Positions 29,085-39,037 are shown, numbered from the stretch's first letter. The stretch is 64,000 bases of DNA from Candidatus Methanomethylicia archaeon (GCA_038727515.1 JAVYVS010000001.1:128001-192000), one strand, 5' to 3'. Made by a program: numbers and translations. Notes: a model not told the origin generated them from the sequence alone.

Positions 29085-29861
29085 TTGCTATTTATTTTGT
29101 TTATGGGATTTCCAATTATTAGTGGTATTTTAGAGAGGATTCATAGTCTTATTGTTTCTAGAGTTCCTGAGAGGTCTAATGTTAAAAGTATTAAATCTAT
29201 ATTTAGAAACCCTCTCTTCGCTGCTCTTTCCTCTCTTATAATTTATTTTCTTCCTAGAATTTCTTATGGTATTATTGTAGATGTAGCTTGTGGTTATGGA
29301 TGGCTTTCAGGTTTTCTAAATCGTTTAGGTATGTATGTTTTAGGTATTGATATTTCTCGTGACGCTATTCTAAATGCTAAGAAGAATTTTCCAGGTCCAA
29401 GTTATATTATAGCTTCAGCACTTAAATTACCTTTAAAGAATTCTAGTGTATCCACTGTGATTAGCATAGAGACTATTGAGCATCTTAAAGATGGAGAATC
29501 TTTTTTGAGGGAGATTTATAGAATTTTGAAGGTTAAAGGTGTTTTACTACTTTCAACGATTAATGGTGATAGCTTATATCATAGAATTTATAGAGTTTTA
29601 ACTGGGAAGAATTGTGTAATATGTAGATTTCATATTCATGAATACAATCAACATGAACTTATACGTATACTTGAAGATATAGGTTTTAGTGTTAAAGAGA
29701 AGGGTTTATTGTCTTTTGTTTATCCAATATTTATACCACAAATAGCTTTACTATATTTACTCATCGCCTTTTTAACGTCAAAGAATTATTGGCTTTTTAA
29801 TGTAAAAGATAAATCATTAATGGGGATATTCCTATTGTTTAATATTATAAAAGAAGGTTAG
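29085..29861 (+). CDS. Class I SAM-dependent methyltransferase
   Basis: VDVACGYG, GIDIS, ETIEHL, RILKVKGVLLLST, HIHEY. Confidence 0.88.
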   Translation: MLFILFMGFPIISGILERIHSLIVSRVPERSNVKSIKSIFRNPLFAALSSLIIYFLPRISYGIIVDVACGYGWLSGFLNRLGMYVLGIDISRDAILNAKKNFPGPSYIIASALKLPLKNSSVSTVISIETIEHLKDGESFLREIYRILKVKGVLLLSTINGDSLYHRIYRVLTGKNCVICRFHIHEYNQHELIRILEDIGFSVKEKGLLSFVYPIFIPQIALLYLLIAFLTSKNYWLFNVKDKSLMGIFLLFNIIKEG

Positions 29862-29966
29862 TTAAATGTTAGTATGAGCTTAAGATAATGGTTCTATTAA
29901 TTGTTAATTTAAATTCCTAGACAAAATTTATATGTAATGTTTATTACATGGATTTTTTGAGTATGT

Positions 29967-30773
29967 ATGAATTTTATATTTGAGACATCTCAAATAATTC
30001 ATTCTGGTAGAGCCAGCGGCCTAGTCATATTATTAATAATAGCCTTTGCAGCCATTTACTTTATTAGAAGGGGTAAAGGGGGTAAAATTCCTAGTATCCG
30101 TAGAGTGGCTGGTTTAGATGCTATTGAAGAGGCTATTGGTAGAGCTACTGAAATGGGTAGACCTGTATTTTGTTCTCAAGGTCTTGCGGATATTCATGAT
30201 TCAACTTATGGACCTCAAACTATTGCTGGTTTATCTGTATTGGGTTATGTGGCTCAACTTTGTGCAAGATATGGTACAAGGGTTATAGTTCCTGTTGTAA
30301 GCTTAACCGTTTATCCTATCGCTAGAGAAATTGTGGAAAATGCTTATAGGATGGAGGGTAAGCTTGATCAATTTAGAGTGGAAGATATACCTTTCCTTTC
30401 AACATGGCAATTTAGTTATTCTCTTGGTTATATGAGTTTAATGAGAAGGGAGAAAGCTGGTGCAAACATTATGATTGGAGCTTATTGGGCTGAATCCCTT
30501 CAGCTTTCTGAAGTTGGATATAGAGTTGGTGCTATGCAGGTTAGTGGAACAGCAAACACACACCAAATACCATTCTTCGTAGTAGCAACAGACTACTGCC
30601 TAATAGGAGAAGAAATCTTTGCAGCAGGAGCATACCTAAGCAAAGACCCAGCAATGATAGGAAGCATAGTAGCACAAGACATAGGAAAAATTATTTCATT
30701 GATATTGATCGTTTTAGGGATTTTAATTGGTCTTAGTGGTTCTAAGATTATTGTGGATTTATTGAATATGTAG
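29967..30773 (+). CDS. DUF6754-like membrane-anchored protein
   Basis: IRRVAGLDAIEEAIGRATEMGRPV, QIPFFVVATDYCLIGEEIFAAGAYLS; N- and C-terminal TM helices. Confidence 0.75.
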   Translation: MNFIFETSQIIHSGRASGLVILLIIAFAAIYFIRRGKGGKIPSIRRVAGLDAIEEAIGRATEMGRPVFCSQGLADIHDSTYGPQTIAGLSVLGYVAQLCARYGTRVIVPVVSLTVYPIAREIVENAYRMEGKLDQFRVEDIPFLSTWQFSYSLGYMSLMRREKAGANIMIGAYWAESLQLSEVGYRVGAMQVSGTANTHQIPFFVVATDYCLIGEEIFAAGAYLSKDPAMIGSIVAQDIGKIISLILIVLGILIGLSGSKIIVDLLNM

Positions 30774-30786
30774 AGGTGATGGTATT

Positions 30787-31440
30787 ATGGCATGGTATAA
30801 ACGTATTGAAATTCCAATAGCAATAACAATTATATGCGCACTAATACAAATAATACCATACTTTATCGTTATGGGTCCAGCTGTTGAAGAATTTATGGAT
30901 AATGCTGTAAATTGGGAGATGTTGGTGGCTGCAGGTGCATTATTTGTAGGTGCTATATCGCTAGTACTTGTACATGCTCCTAGAATTGTTAAAAGGCAGA
31001 CTCATTGGCAGTATAGCTTGGAATTATTGGTTTTAATGGCTTTAACAATTATAGTTGGTTTACCAATTCGTGAAATTGGATTAGGAATGGATAACGCCAT
31101 CTTTACATTTATAGTGGATAATATTTTAACACCATTGGATAGTAGTTTGTATGCTATGTTGGCATTCTTCATAACTTCAGCTGCATATAGAGCTTTTAAA
31201 GCTAGATCTCTTGAAGCAGCATTGCTCTTAGTTGCTGGGTCAATATTGGTATTTAGAAATGCACCTTTAGGAACATTCCTAATTCCAGGGGCTGCTGATC
31301 TTGGAGATTGGTTGTTTAGAATTCCAAATATGGCTGTTCAAAGGGCAGTCATTATTGGTGGTGCTCTTGGCGCTATAGTTCTTGGGGTTAGAACTTTGTC
31401 TGGTTATGAAAGAGGTTATTTGAGGGGTGGAGGTGTATAA
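30787..31440 (+). CDS. Uncharacterised polytopic membrane protein (DUF6754 operon, gene 2)
   Basis: About 6 TM segments; AFFITSAAYRAFKARSLEA, GYERGYL; GAGGTGA ribosome-binding site. Confidence 0.75.
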   Translation: MAWYKRIEIPIAITIICALIQIIPYFIVMGPAVEEFMDNAVNWEMLVAAGALFVGAISLVLVHAPRIVKRQTHWQYSLELLVLMALTIIVGLPIREIGLGMDNAIFTFIVDNILTPLDSSLYAMLAFFITSAAYRAFKARSLEAALLLVAGSILVFRNAPLGTFLIPGAADLGDWLFRIPNMAVQRAVIIGGALGAIVLGVRTLSGYERGYLRGGGV

Positions 31441-31441
31441 T

Positions 31442-32272
31442 ATGAGTTTATGGGATAAACTTGAAAACATAGATTCAAGAATAATATATCTACTCATATG
31501 GATCGTTGTTTTAACACCACTTATTTCACCCATAGGATTACCTGTTAGTATAAGTGAAAACACTATTGCATATGCTAGAACTATTGATCAACTTCCTCCA
31601 GGTTCTATGGTTGTATTATCCTTTGATTTTGGTTTAGGATCTCTTGGTGAACTGTATCCAATAGCTGTTGCAACTATGCATCACTTATTTAGTAGACCTG
31701 TGAAATTCGCAATAATAGCTATATGGAATCAAGGCCCCTTAGTTGCAAAAATGATTATAGATGAATTAAATCCTGAGAAAACTTATGGTAAGAAGTATGG
31801 TGAAGATTGGATATTCCTAGGGTGGGCTCCTGGCGGCGAAGTTGCAATGCGTGCATTAGGTCAAGATTTCTGGAAGGTTTTCCCAACCGACTATCTATAT
31901 AAACGCTCTGTAAGTGAATACCCAATTATGCAAAAATTAAAGTCAGCTAATGATGTAGCTTTACTAATAAGTATAGAAACAGGTACTCCTGGTGTTGATG
32001 AATGGGCTAGACAGTGGGGACCATATAATGTTCCCATGCTTATTGCATGTATAGGTGTTTCAGCGCCCGGGGTTACCCCATACCTTCAATCTGGACAAGT
32101 TAAAGGTTTACTTCCAGGTTTGAGGGCTGGTGCTGAATATGAGCTTCTTATCGGTAGGAAGGGGCTTGCAGTAGCTTCGGCTGATGCTTTATCCACTACA
32201 CATATGCTCTTCTTGATATTCGTGGTTATAGGCAATATTAGTTATTTTGCTAAGAGGAGGGGGATTAAATGA
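31442..32272 (+). CDS. Uncharacterised membrane-anchored alpha/beta protein (DUF6754 operon, gene 3)
   Basis: TM-soluble-TM layout; YGEDWIFLGWAPGGE, PYLQSGQVKGLLPGLRAGAEYE. Confidence 0.75.
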   Translation: MSLWDKLENIDSRIIYLLIWIVVLTPLISPIGLPVSISENTIAYARTIDQLPPGSMVVLSFDFGLGSLGELYPIAVATMHHLFSRPVKFAIIAIWNQGPLVAKMIIDELNPEKTYGKKYGEDWIFLGWAPGGEVAMRALGQDFWKVFPTDYLYKRSVSEYPIMQKLKSANDVALLISIETGTPGVDEWARQWGPYNVPMLIACIGVSAPGVTPYLQSGQVKGLLPGLRAGAEYELLIGRKGLAVASADALSTTHMLFLIFVVIGNISYFAKRRGIK

Positions 32273-32991
32273 GTGAGTTAACTACATTTTTTGCAGCATT
32301 TTGCGGTGTATTCTTTACACTTGCAGTTTATACTTTTCTATATAAAGAGAATCCATGGTCTAGATTTGCAGAATACGCTTTCATAGGAACTGCTGCTGGT
32401 TATGATGTTGCATACTTCTTAGATTGGTTGCGTGGTCAATGGGAGGGGACGTGGTCTACTACAACTAGTGGTACTATTGCATTTATCTTTGCAATGTTGA
32501 TAAGTGTATTATGGTACTTTAGATTTTCAAAGAGATTCTTCTGGATTTATAGGATTCCATTGGCTGTGGTTGTAGGTACTGGTATTGGTTTAGCTTTGAG
32601 AACTGTGGTTTTTGCACAATTAATTGCTCAAGTTAGAGCTACGGCAGGTTTATCATTTATTGGTGTTGATGCTTGGACTGTATTTAATAATCTAGTTACA
32701 GCTGTAATTGTGGTATGTGTACTATTATACTTTATATTTACGATTAAGCAAGAAGCTATTTATTGGAAGCCAGTAAATAAGTTTGCTAGATACTCTATGA
32801 TGGTAGGCTTTGGATCAGCATATGGATATACTGTATTAACGAGAATGTCTATGTTTATAGGTCGTGCACAATTCCTATTAGGCATACCTCCATATGCCCC
32901 TGAAAATAAGATGTTCTTCCCATGGATTGCCTTACTCCTACTAGCTACACTCATAGGGTACGATTACTACCAAAGAATCAAAAAATCCTAA
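32269..32991 (+). CDS. Uncharacterised polytopic membrane protein (DUF6754 operon, gene 4)
   Basis: About 6-7 TM segments; YKENPWSRFAEYAFIG, MVGFGSAYGYTVLTRMS; overlaps the previous stop codon. Confidence 0.75.
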   Translation: MSELTTFFAAFCGVFFTLAVYTFLYKENPWSRFAEYAFIGTAAGYDVAYFLDWLRGQWEGTWSTTTSGTIAFIFAMLISVLWYFRFSKRFFWIYRIPLAVVVGTGIGLALRTVVFAQLIAQVRATAGLSFIGVDAWTVFNNLVTAVIVVCVLLYFIFTIKQEAIYWKPVNKFARYSMMVGFGSAYGYTVLTRMSMFIGRAQFLLGIPPYAPENKMFFPWIALLLLATLIGYDYYQRIKKS

Positions 32992-33023
32992 ATTTTTACT
33001 TTTTTTATCTTTTTATATGAATA

Positions 33024-33467
33024 TCATTGGAAGTTTTTAATAAATTCATCTTTGATCTTATCTACTATTTTCTGTAGAATTTCCAATTTAATTTCCATTT
33101 GTGGGTATGGATAATAGTGTTTACCCCAATTTTCATCTACGAATTTTATTCCTTCAAAAATTCTTTCAGTCTTATATCTTGGAATAATGTGGAGATGTAA
33201 ATGTCTAACAATATTTCCAAGCATAGCATAATTGAATAAGTCTGGTTGGAAAATTTTCTTTAAAACTTTAACAAATGTTTTAGTCAATGAAATTAATTCC
33301 ATCAATTCATCATCCGATAATTCCAATGGATCCTCTAAGTGTCTTTTAAGTATAATCATAGATCTACCAAGATAGTATTGATTGGGGTTTAGAGTAATCT
33401 TCCAATATCTTCCTTCATAAATTGTAATTTTATTGATTTCTTCATCACAAAAGGGGCACTTCATCAT
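33024..33467 (-). CDS. HIT family hydrolase
   Basis: CPFC; VRHLHLHIIPRY histidine triad. Confidence 0.92.
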   Translation of the reverse strand: MMKCPFCDEEINKITIYEGRYWKITLNPNQYYLGRSMIILKRHLEDPLELSDDELMELISLTKTFVKVLKKIFQPDLFNYAMLGNIVRHLHLHIIPRYKTERIFEGIKFVDENWGKHYYPYPQMEIKLEILQKIVDKIKDEFIKNFQ

Positions 33468-33542
33468 TTACAATTCCCATATATTTTTAAACCATTAGAT
33501 TTAATTTATTTTGAAAGTTACATTTTTATATTTTGATGAAGT

Positions 33543-33680
33543 ATGAATGAAGAAACTCATCTAAACTTAAATGAACTGTTTAATGTTATTTCATATTCTT
33601 TAAAGATAAAATACTGAGGATTACTTGTTGAAAAGCCTCTTAGTTTTAATGAACTTAATGTTGAGAGTATGAAAATGTAA
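33543..33680 (+). pseudogene. Degraded ArsR-type wHTH regulator fragment
   Basis: MNEETHLNLNELFNVISYSLKIKY*GLLVEKPLSFNELNVES, with an in-frame TGA and truncation. Confidence 0.5.
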
Positions 33681-33972
33681 ACTTCAAATGTCATACATAC
33701 GTTGAACGATATGAATGGCAAAACGATCTTTTCCATTAAGTTCATTAACTCATATTTTATTTATAAATCCTCTATTCTTGTTGGATACTTATCTGTAGAT
33801 GATGAGTATTATTAAATTAGGGATGATTAAACCTTTTTCCCTCGTAGATTTCCTCTTCATAAATCATGTTATTAATGAAAAGTCTTTGCAAATAAAGTAC
33901 GTGGAATTATGGATTCATTATGAATCTTTAGGAATAGTATTTATGGGTGATTCTAAAATTATTATTTAGATT

Positions 33973-34815
33973 ATGAAATATCAGCGTTTTCTAGTTAAAG
34001 GATTTAAACCTTTTAATCCTTTGGAATTAGCTAAACAAACTGAGGAGATAGTGATTAGGGAGGGTTCCGATGGTGTTGAGAGGAAATATACGGATTTCTA
34101 TTCAGTGCCAGTGTATAGGGGGATTGCTACTGGTTATGCTATTGGTTGTTGTTTAAGATGTTTTTATTGCTGGAGTAATTGGTCTAGAGATTTCCCTGAG
34201 ATTTTTGGGGAATTTTATTCACCGAAGATGGTTGCTCAAAAACTTTTAGAAGCAGCTAAGAGGGGTATTACTTATTCATCTTATTGGAGTAGGAAGATTC
34301 CAGTAATTAGGAAGTTTAGATTGTCTGGATGTGAACCTACATTGGGTAGAGAACATTTAATTTCAGTTTTAGAGCATGTTGAGAAAATGAATTTTCCATT
34401 TTATCTTGAAACTAATGGTATACTTTTAGGTGCTGATAGAAGTTATGTGAGGGATTTAGCTCAATTTTCAAAATTCATTTATGTGAGAGTTTCATTTAAA
34501 GCAGCAACCCCTGAAACCTTTACTCAGAGGACTGGTGCATTGGGTGAATACTATGAATTACCATTTAAAGCTTTAAAATACTTGTTGGATGAAGGTATTT
34601 TTGCAAGAGCTGCAGCTATGACTGATCCAAGAATTATGTCAAATGAAGAGAGGGAGTTATTAATTGAAAAATTGAGTGAAATTGATTCAAGATATTCAGA
34701 AGGTGAACTTGAAGAAGAAGTTATAGATCCTTACGATACAACAATTAAAAGGATTAAAGCATATTATGATGAAAATTTTGCAGAAAAATTGATGAAATCC
34801 TTTCAATTAAAGTAG
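33973..34815 (+). CDS. Radical SAM protein (archaeal COG5014-like)
   Basis: GIATGYAIGCCLRCFYCWS, RLSGCEPT, LETNGILLG. Confidence 0.88.
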   Translation: MKYQRFLVKGFKPFNPLELAKQTEEIVIREGSDGVERKYTDFYSVPVYRGIATGYAIGCCLRCFYCWSNWSRDFPEIFGEFYSPKMVAQKLLEAAKRGITYSSYWSRKIPVIRKFRLSGCEPTLGREHLISVLEHVEKMNFPFYLETNGILLGADRSYVRDLAQFSKFIYVRVSFKAATPETFTQRTGALGEYYELPFKALKYLLDEGIFARAAAMTDPRIMSNEERELLIEKLSEIDSRYSEGELEEEVIDPYDTTIKRIKAYYDENFAEKLMKSFQLK

Positions 34816-35176
34816 AGAGAGATTTGTATTAGCTTTAAAGAGAAGTCATATTTCTACTGGAGAAACATATATCCTATCTGAAGATAGAGCATATACCTAT
34901 AGGGAAGTTTATCAAATATTATCTGAGATATTGGGTAGAAGTCCACCTAAATATTCCATACCTCCAAGTATAGCTAAAATTTTATTGTCATTTACAGAGG
35001 TATATGATAAATTAAGGGGAGGAGACAACATCTTATTTAGAAGGATGATTGTTGATGCAGTTACTAAACATAGAGCATATAGTATTGAGAAGGCGAGGAG
35101 AGAATTGGGTTATACTCCTCAATATACTTTGAGGAATGGATTAAGAGAGACTATTGAATGGTATATTAATCAATGA
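34811..35176 (+). pseudogene. 3' remnant of an NAD-dependent epimerase/dehydratase
   Basis: GETYILSEDRAYTYREVY...YSIEKARRELGYTPQYTLRNGLRETIEWY; no N-terminal Rossmann domain; stop codon at 34808. Confidence 0.8.
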
Positions 35177-35290
35177 ATAATAAAGGTGTAAACTATTTTT
35201 GTTGGAATAAATCTTTGTTTTCATTATTGTAATTTATTTTATTGTTTAATCGTAAAGTTTTATACTTGTAATTTATCATCTAATTTATAA

Positions 35291-36061
35291 GTGTTTTTTA
35301 TGGTTGTTTGGAGGCTTCTACCCTTTATCAGGGTTAATGGTTATTTGCAGATGGCTATTGATGAATCTATTTTGATTCATAGATGTGAGGGTAAGGTTCC
35401 AAATACCGTTCGCTTTTATCAATTTTATCCTAGTGCTGTTACAATAGGGTATTTTCAATCTATTTTTGAAGAGGTTTATTTAGATTATTGTTCTAGTAAT
35501 GGTATTGATGTTGTTAGACGTATTACTGGTGGTGGAGCTGTTTTCCATGATGAAAATGGTGAAATAACTTATTCTGTTGTTGCTGGAATTAATGATGTTC
35601 CAAGGGATATCATCGAATCTTATGGTTATATTTGTAATGGACTTATATATGCTCTTGAATATTTTGGTTTGAAGGGTGAATTTAAACCTTTAAATGATGT
35701 TGTTGTTCTTGGTAAGAAGATTTCTGGTTCAGCTCAAACTAGACGTAGAGAAGCAATACTTCAACATGGAACTTTTATGTATTCCACTAATATCGGGAAA
35801 CTTGTTAATTCCCTTAAAATTGTTCCTGAGAAATTGAAGGATAAGGGTATTCAAGCATTAGAGGAGAGGGTTATAACTTTATCTAAAGCTCTTAATAGGA
35901 GTGTTTTAAGGGATGAAGTTTTAGAAGCTTTAATCAACGGTTTTAAGAAGGCTCTTAATGTTGAATTTATTGTTTCTGAACTTACTGAGAGTGAATGGAA
36001 TCTTGCTAAGGAACTTGCTGAAGAAAAGTATTCTCGTAGAGATTGGAATTATATGGTTTAG
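35291..36061 (+). CDS. Lipoate-protein ligase / octanoyltransferase (LplA/LipM catalytic domain)
   Basis: QMAIDE, VTIGYFQ, VRRITGGGAVFHD, NDVVVLGKKISGSAQ, LQHGT. Confidence 0.92.
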   Translation: MFFMVVWRLLPFIRVNGYLQMAIDESILIHRCEGKVPNTVRFYQFYPSAVTIGYFQSIFEEVYLDYCSSNGIDVVRRITGGGAVFHDENGEITYSVVAGINDVPRDIIESYGYICNGLIYALEYFGLKGEFKPLNDVVVLGKKISGSAQTRRREAILQHGTFMYSTNIGKLVNSLKIVPEKLKDKGIQALEERVITLSKALNRSVLRDEVLEALINGFKKALNVEFIVSELTESEWNLAKELAEEKYSRRDWNYMV

Positions 36062-36064
36062 GAC

Positions 36065-36934
36065 TTGGTGTCTGTTTTGGTTAAAGGTTATCGTCCACTA
36101 CCATTATTCCCCTCCATCTCTATTACTGGTGATAAATGTGGTTTAAAATGTAAGTTTTGTGAGGGTAGAGTTTTAGGTGAAATGCTTCATGCTTCTTCTC
36201 CCCATAATCTTTATGAGCTTGTTAAATATTTGAAGAATAAGTATGGTATTCTAGGTTTATTGATTAGTGGTGGATTTGATGTTAATGGTTTTCTACCGAT
36301 AAGACCATTTATACCAATTATACGTGATATTAAAAGGGATTTTGATTTAATTGTTAGTGTTCATTGTGGTTTTGTAGATATTGATTATGCTAGGATGTTG
36401 AGGGAGGCTGGTATTGATGTTGTGGATTTAAATATTTATGGGGCATTAACCATGAGGGATGTTATTGGATTAAATGTTGATTGGGATTTCATTGTGAATA
36501 ATCTTAATTGCATATATACCCATGGACCTGAATATATTGCTCCACACATACTTGCAGGAGCATATTTTGGTAAGTTGATGGAGGAAAATTCTATAATTGA
36601 TTTATTGAACGATTATGATCCATACATATTGATTTTCCTATCTATGATTCCAGTGAAGGGTACATGTTTTGAGAATACCCATTTAGTTGACATAAATGAT
36701 TTCTGTGAACTTTTTAGACTTGCTAGGAGGTTGCTATCTAAAACTGAATTGACTCTTGGATGTATGAGGGTTAGAGGTGAATACTCCATATCCATAGAGA
36801 GGATATTATTTAATGAAAATCTATTGGATAGAATTGTATTGCCAAATACTATTAAAGTTGATAAGATTTTACCATTTTGTTGTTCACTTCCAAGAGAGTT
36901 GGAAGATAAATTAATGTCTAAGATTGGCAATTAG
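36065..36934 (+). CDS. Radical SAM, archaeal lipoyl synthase component LipS1-like
   Basis: SITGDKCGLKCKFC, LISGG, LGCMR and C-terminal CC (FCCSL); adjacent to the lipoate ligase. Confidence 0.75.
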   Translation: MVSVLVKGYRPLPLFPSISITGDKCGLKCKFCEGRVLGEMLHASSPHNLYELVKYLKNKYGILGLLISGGFDVNGFLPIRPFIPIIRDIKRDFDLIVSVHCGFVDIDYARMLREAGIDVVDLNIYGALTMRDVIGLNVDWDFIVNNLNCIYTHGPEYIAPHILAGAYFGKLMEENSIIDLLNDYDPYILIFLSMIPVKGTCFENTHLVDINDFCELFRLARRLLSKTELTLGCMRVRGEYSISIERILFNENLLDRIVLPNTIKVDKILPFCCSLPRELEDKLMSKIGN

Positions 36935-36980
36935 TATATGAGTATTTAGCGTATCCTACTGTTAAGCTTACTATTTATAA

Positions 36981-38228
36981 GTGGTGTTTTCCATGGGTTT
37001 TATAGGGTATTTGAAAAAAGAATTTTCCTTTTTAAAGGGGAATTATTTAGTCCTTATTGTAAGTTGGATTTTAATGCATTTTGCAGATCCCATAGCTTAT
37101 ATTTATCATTCACTATTTGTCTTAGAGCTTGGCGCTACACCATATATCTTAGGATTAATAAATTCATTATCCACATTATCCTTTGCATTAGTGCAGTTTA
37201 TTGGAGGTTATATTGCTGATTACTATGGGAGACGTAAAATAATTGTTTTAATGACATTTGGACTTGCCTTTTCCAATTTATTCTTTGTTTTCGCTGAAAA
37301 TTGGCTTCACATCCTTTTTGGATCTATTTTTGGAAATATATTTTTAGTGTATAGTCCTGCTCTATCTGCAATTACAGCTGATTCTATTCCACCTGAGAAA
37401 CGTGGCTTAGGATTTTCTCTTTCACATATGATTGTTATAGTTTCAGTATTTTCTCCACTTATTGCAAGTTTCTTAGTAGTCAATTATGGCATTGTATATG
37501 GTGTTAAATTAGCCTACTTAATAGTTTTCATATTCTACATTATTTCAGCAATTATTAGAACAAGATTAAAGGAAACTCTTCCTACTGTACGTGGGAGTAT
37601 AGGTTCATATAATATTTTTAAGGTTTATGTTAATGCTGTTTATGAAAGTTTTTCTGCTTTAAAATTTGCTTCACGTGATGTCATAAAGTTTTTACTTATT
37701 ACTGTTGTTCTGGATTTTTCTATGCGTCTTTCCATGCCCTTCTTTGTAGTTTATGCTAAGAATGTTATAGGTTTAAGTGAAGGTCAATGGGCTATTTTAA
37801 TGACTCTATACTATTTATCTTCTTCTGTTTCTGGAATATTTATAGGTAAAATTATAGATGTTTTCGGTCGTAAAAATCCATTAATTTTAGCATGTTTTCT
37901 ACAAATTATTACCCTTATAATATTCATACATGGTAGTTATACTACTCTAATTCCACTATTTATTTTATGGGCATTATTTGATTTGTTGATGATGACTTCC
38001 CGTGATGCTATGAATGCTGATCTTATTCCAAGGAATTTGAGGGGTAGACTTTCTAGTGTTAGATTATTTTTTGAATATGTTGCAATGTCCCTAGGTTATT
38101 TAATTGGTGGTTACCTATATGAACATATTTCACCGCAATACCCATTTATTTTAAATATAGTATTTGCATTTGTTTGTGCAATAGCATTACTCATTTTAAT
38201 CGCTGAACCTATTAAGAGAGAATTATAA
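36981..38228 (+). CDS. MFS transporter
   Basis: About 12 TM segments; GGYIADYYGRRK, GKIIDVFGRK. Confidence 0.92.
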   Translation: MVFSMGFIGYLKKEFSFLKGNYLVLIVSWILMHFADPIAYIYHSLFVLELGATPYILGLINSLSTLSFALVQFIGGYIADYYGRRKIIVLMTFGLAFSNLFFVFAENWLHILFGSIFGNIFLVYSPALSAITADSIPPEKRGLGFSLSHMIVIVSVFSPLIASFLVVNYGIVYGVKLAYLIVFIFYIISAIIRTRLKETLPTVRGSIGSYNIFKVYVNAVYESFSALKFASRDVIKFLLITVVLDFSMRLSMPFFVVYAKNVIGLSEGQWAILMTLYYLSSSVSGIFIGKIIDVFGRKNPLILACFLQIITLIIFIHGSYTTLIPLFILWALFDLLMMTSRDAMNADLIPRNLRGRLSSVRLFFEYVAMSLGYLIGGYLYEHISPQYPFILNIVFAFVCAIALLILIAEPIKREL

Positions 38229-38256
38229 ATTGAATTTCAATTTACTTTGGATATCG

Positions 38257-38565
38257 TTATTTTCCATATAAATGGCATGCTATCAACCTATTATCTATGT
38301 TTAATAATTCTGGCTCTATTTTGCTGCATTTTTACATGGCGTATGGGCATCTTGGATGGAATCTACATCCACTTGGTGGATTTAATGCACTTGGTATTTC
38401 TCCTTTTATTGGTATTTTACTCCTTCTATATTCTGGGTCTGGTATTGGTACTGCTGATACCAATGCTTGTGTATATGGGTGTTTTGGATCTTCTAATACT
38501 CTATCTATATCCCCCATTTCCACTATTTTTCCAAGGTACATTATTGTTATTCTTTCACATATAAT
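38257..38565 (-). pseudogene. 3' remnant of an OppF/DppF ABC ATPase (oligo_HPY domain) with a premature stop
   Basis: ...CPYAM*KCSKIEPELLNIDNRLIACHLYGK*; no Walker motifs upstream. Confidence 0.85.
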
Positions 38566-38979
38566 GTAAGTTTTTATGGAAAATTTATTGGAAATATACT
38601 TTAATTTCTCTTGTGGAATTGTAAATTTAATGATCTCCGTAATTACAGTAGATTTTATAATGATTTCCCGTGAATAATAGCTTTCTATGTTATTCCATAT
38701 ATATGTGTTATCTGAGTATATTATGCTTTGTATACTTAATATCTTTATACTTATATCAATTGGATTTATAATTGTGTAATTTATTATGATTTTAGCTTCT
38801 AACTCATCAACTTTTAAATTAATACTTGCCACTTTTACTTTAAACATTTTGCCGATGAAATATGTTTTACCTATTAAATCTATTGAAATTATTATTGTAT
38901 ATGTAGCATATAATGTTAGAATTAATAGTAATAGTGATGGAAGTATTTCAATTAGATTACTTTTTAGTATTCTCTTCAT
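38332..38979 (-). CDS. Chimeric ORF: membrane-anchored hypothetical protein fused to the C-terminus of an oligopeptide ABC ATPase
   Basis: TM plus beta domain, then ICERITIMYLGKIVE...HPYTQAL...PPSGCRFHPRCPYAM; ATG at 38979 follows AGGAG. Confidence 0.6.
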   Translation of the reverse strand: MKRILKSNLIEILPSLLLLILTLYATYTIIISIDLIGKTYFIGKMFKVKVASINLKVDELEAKIIINYTIINPIDISIKILSIQSIIYSDNTYIWNNIESYYSREIIIKSTVITEIIKFTIPQEKLKYISNKFSIKTYIICERITIMYLGKIVEMGDIDRVLEDPKHPYTQALVSAVPIPDPEYRRSKIPIKGEIPSALNPPSGCRFHPRCPYAM

Positions 38980-39037
38980 TCTCCTACACACACCAAAATA
39001 ATAAAACTTTAATTTTATCTTTACGGTATATGTTTTA

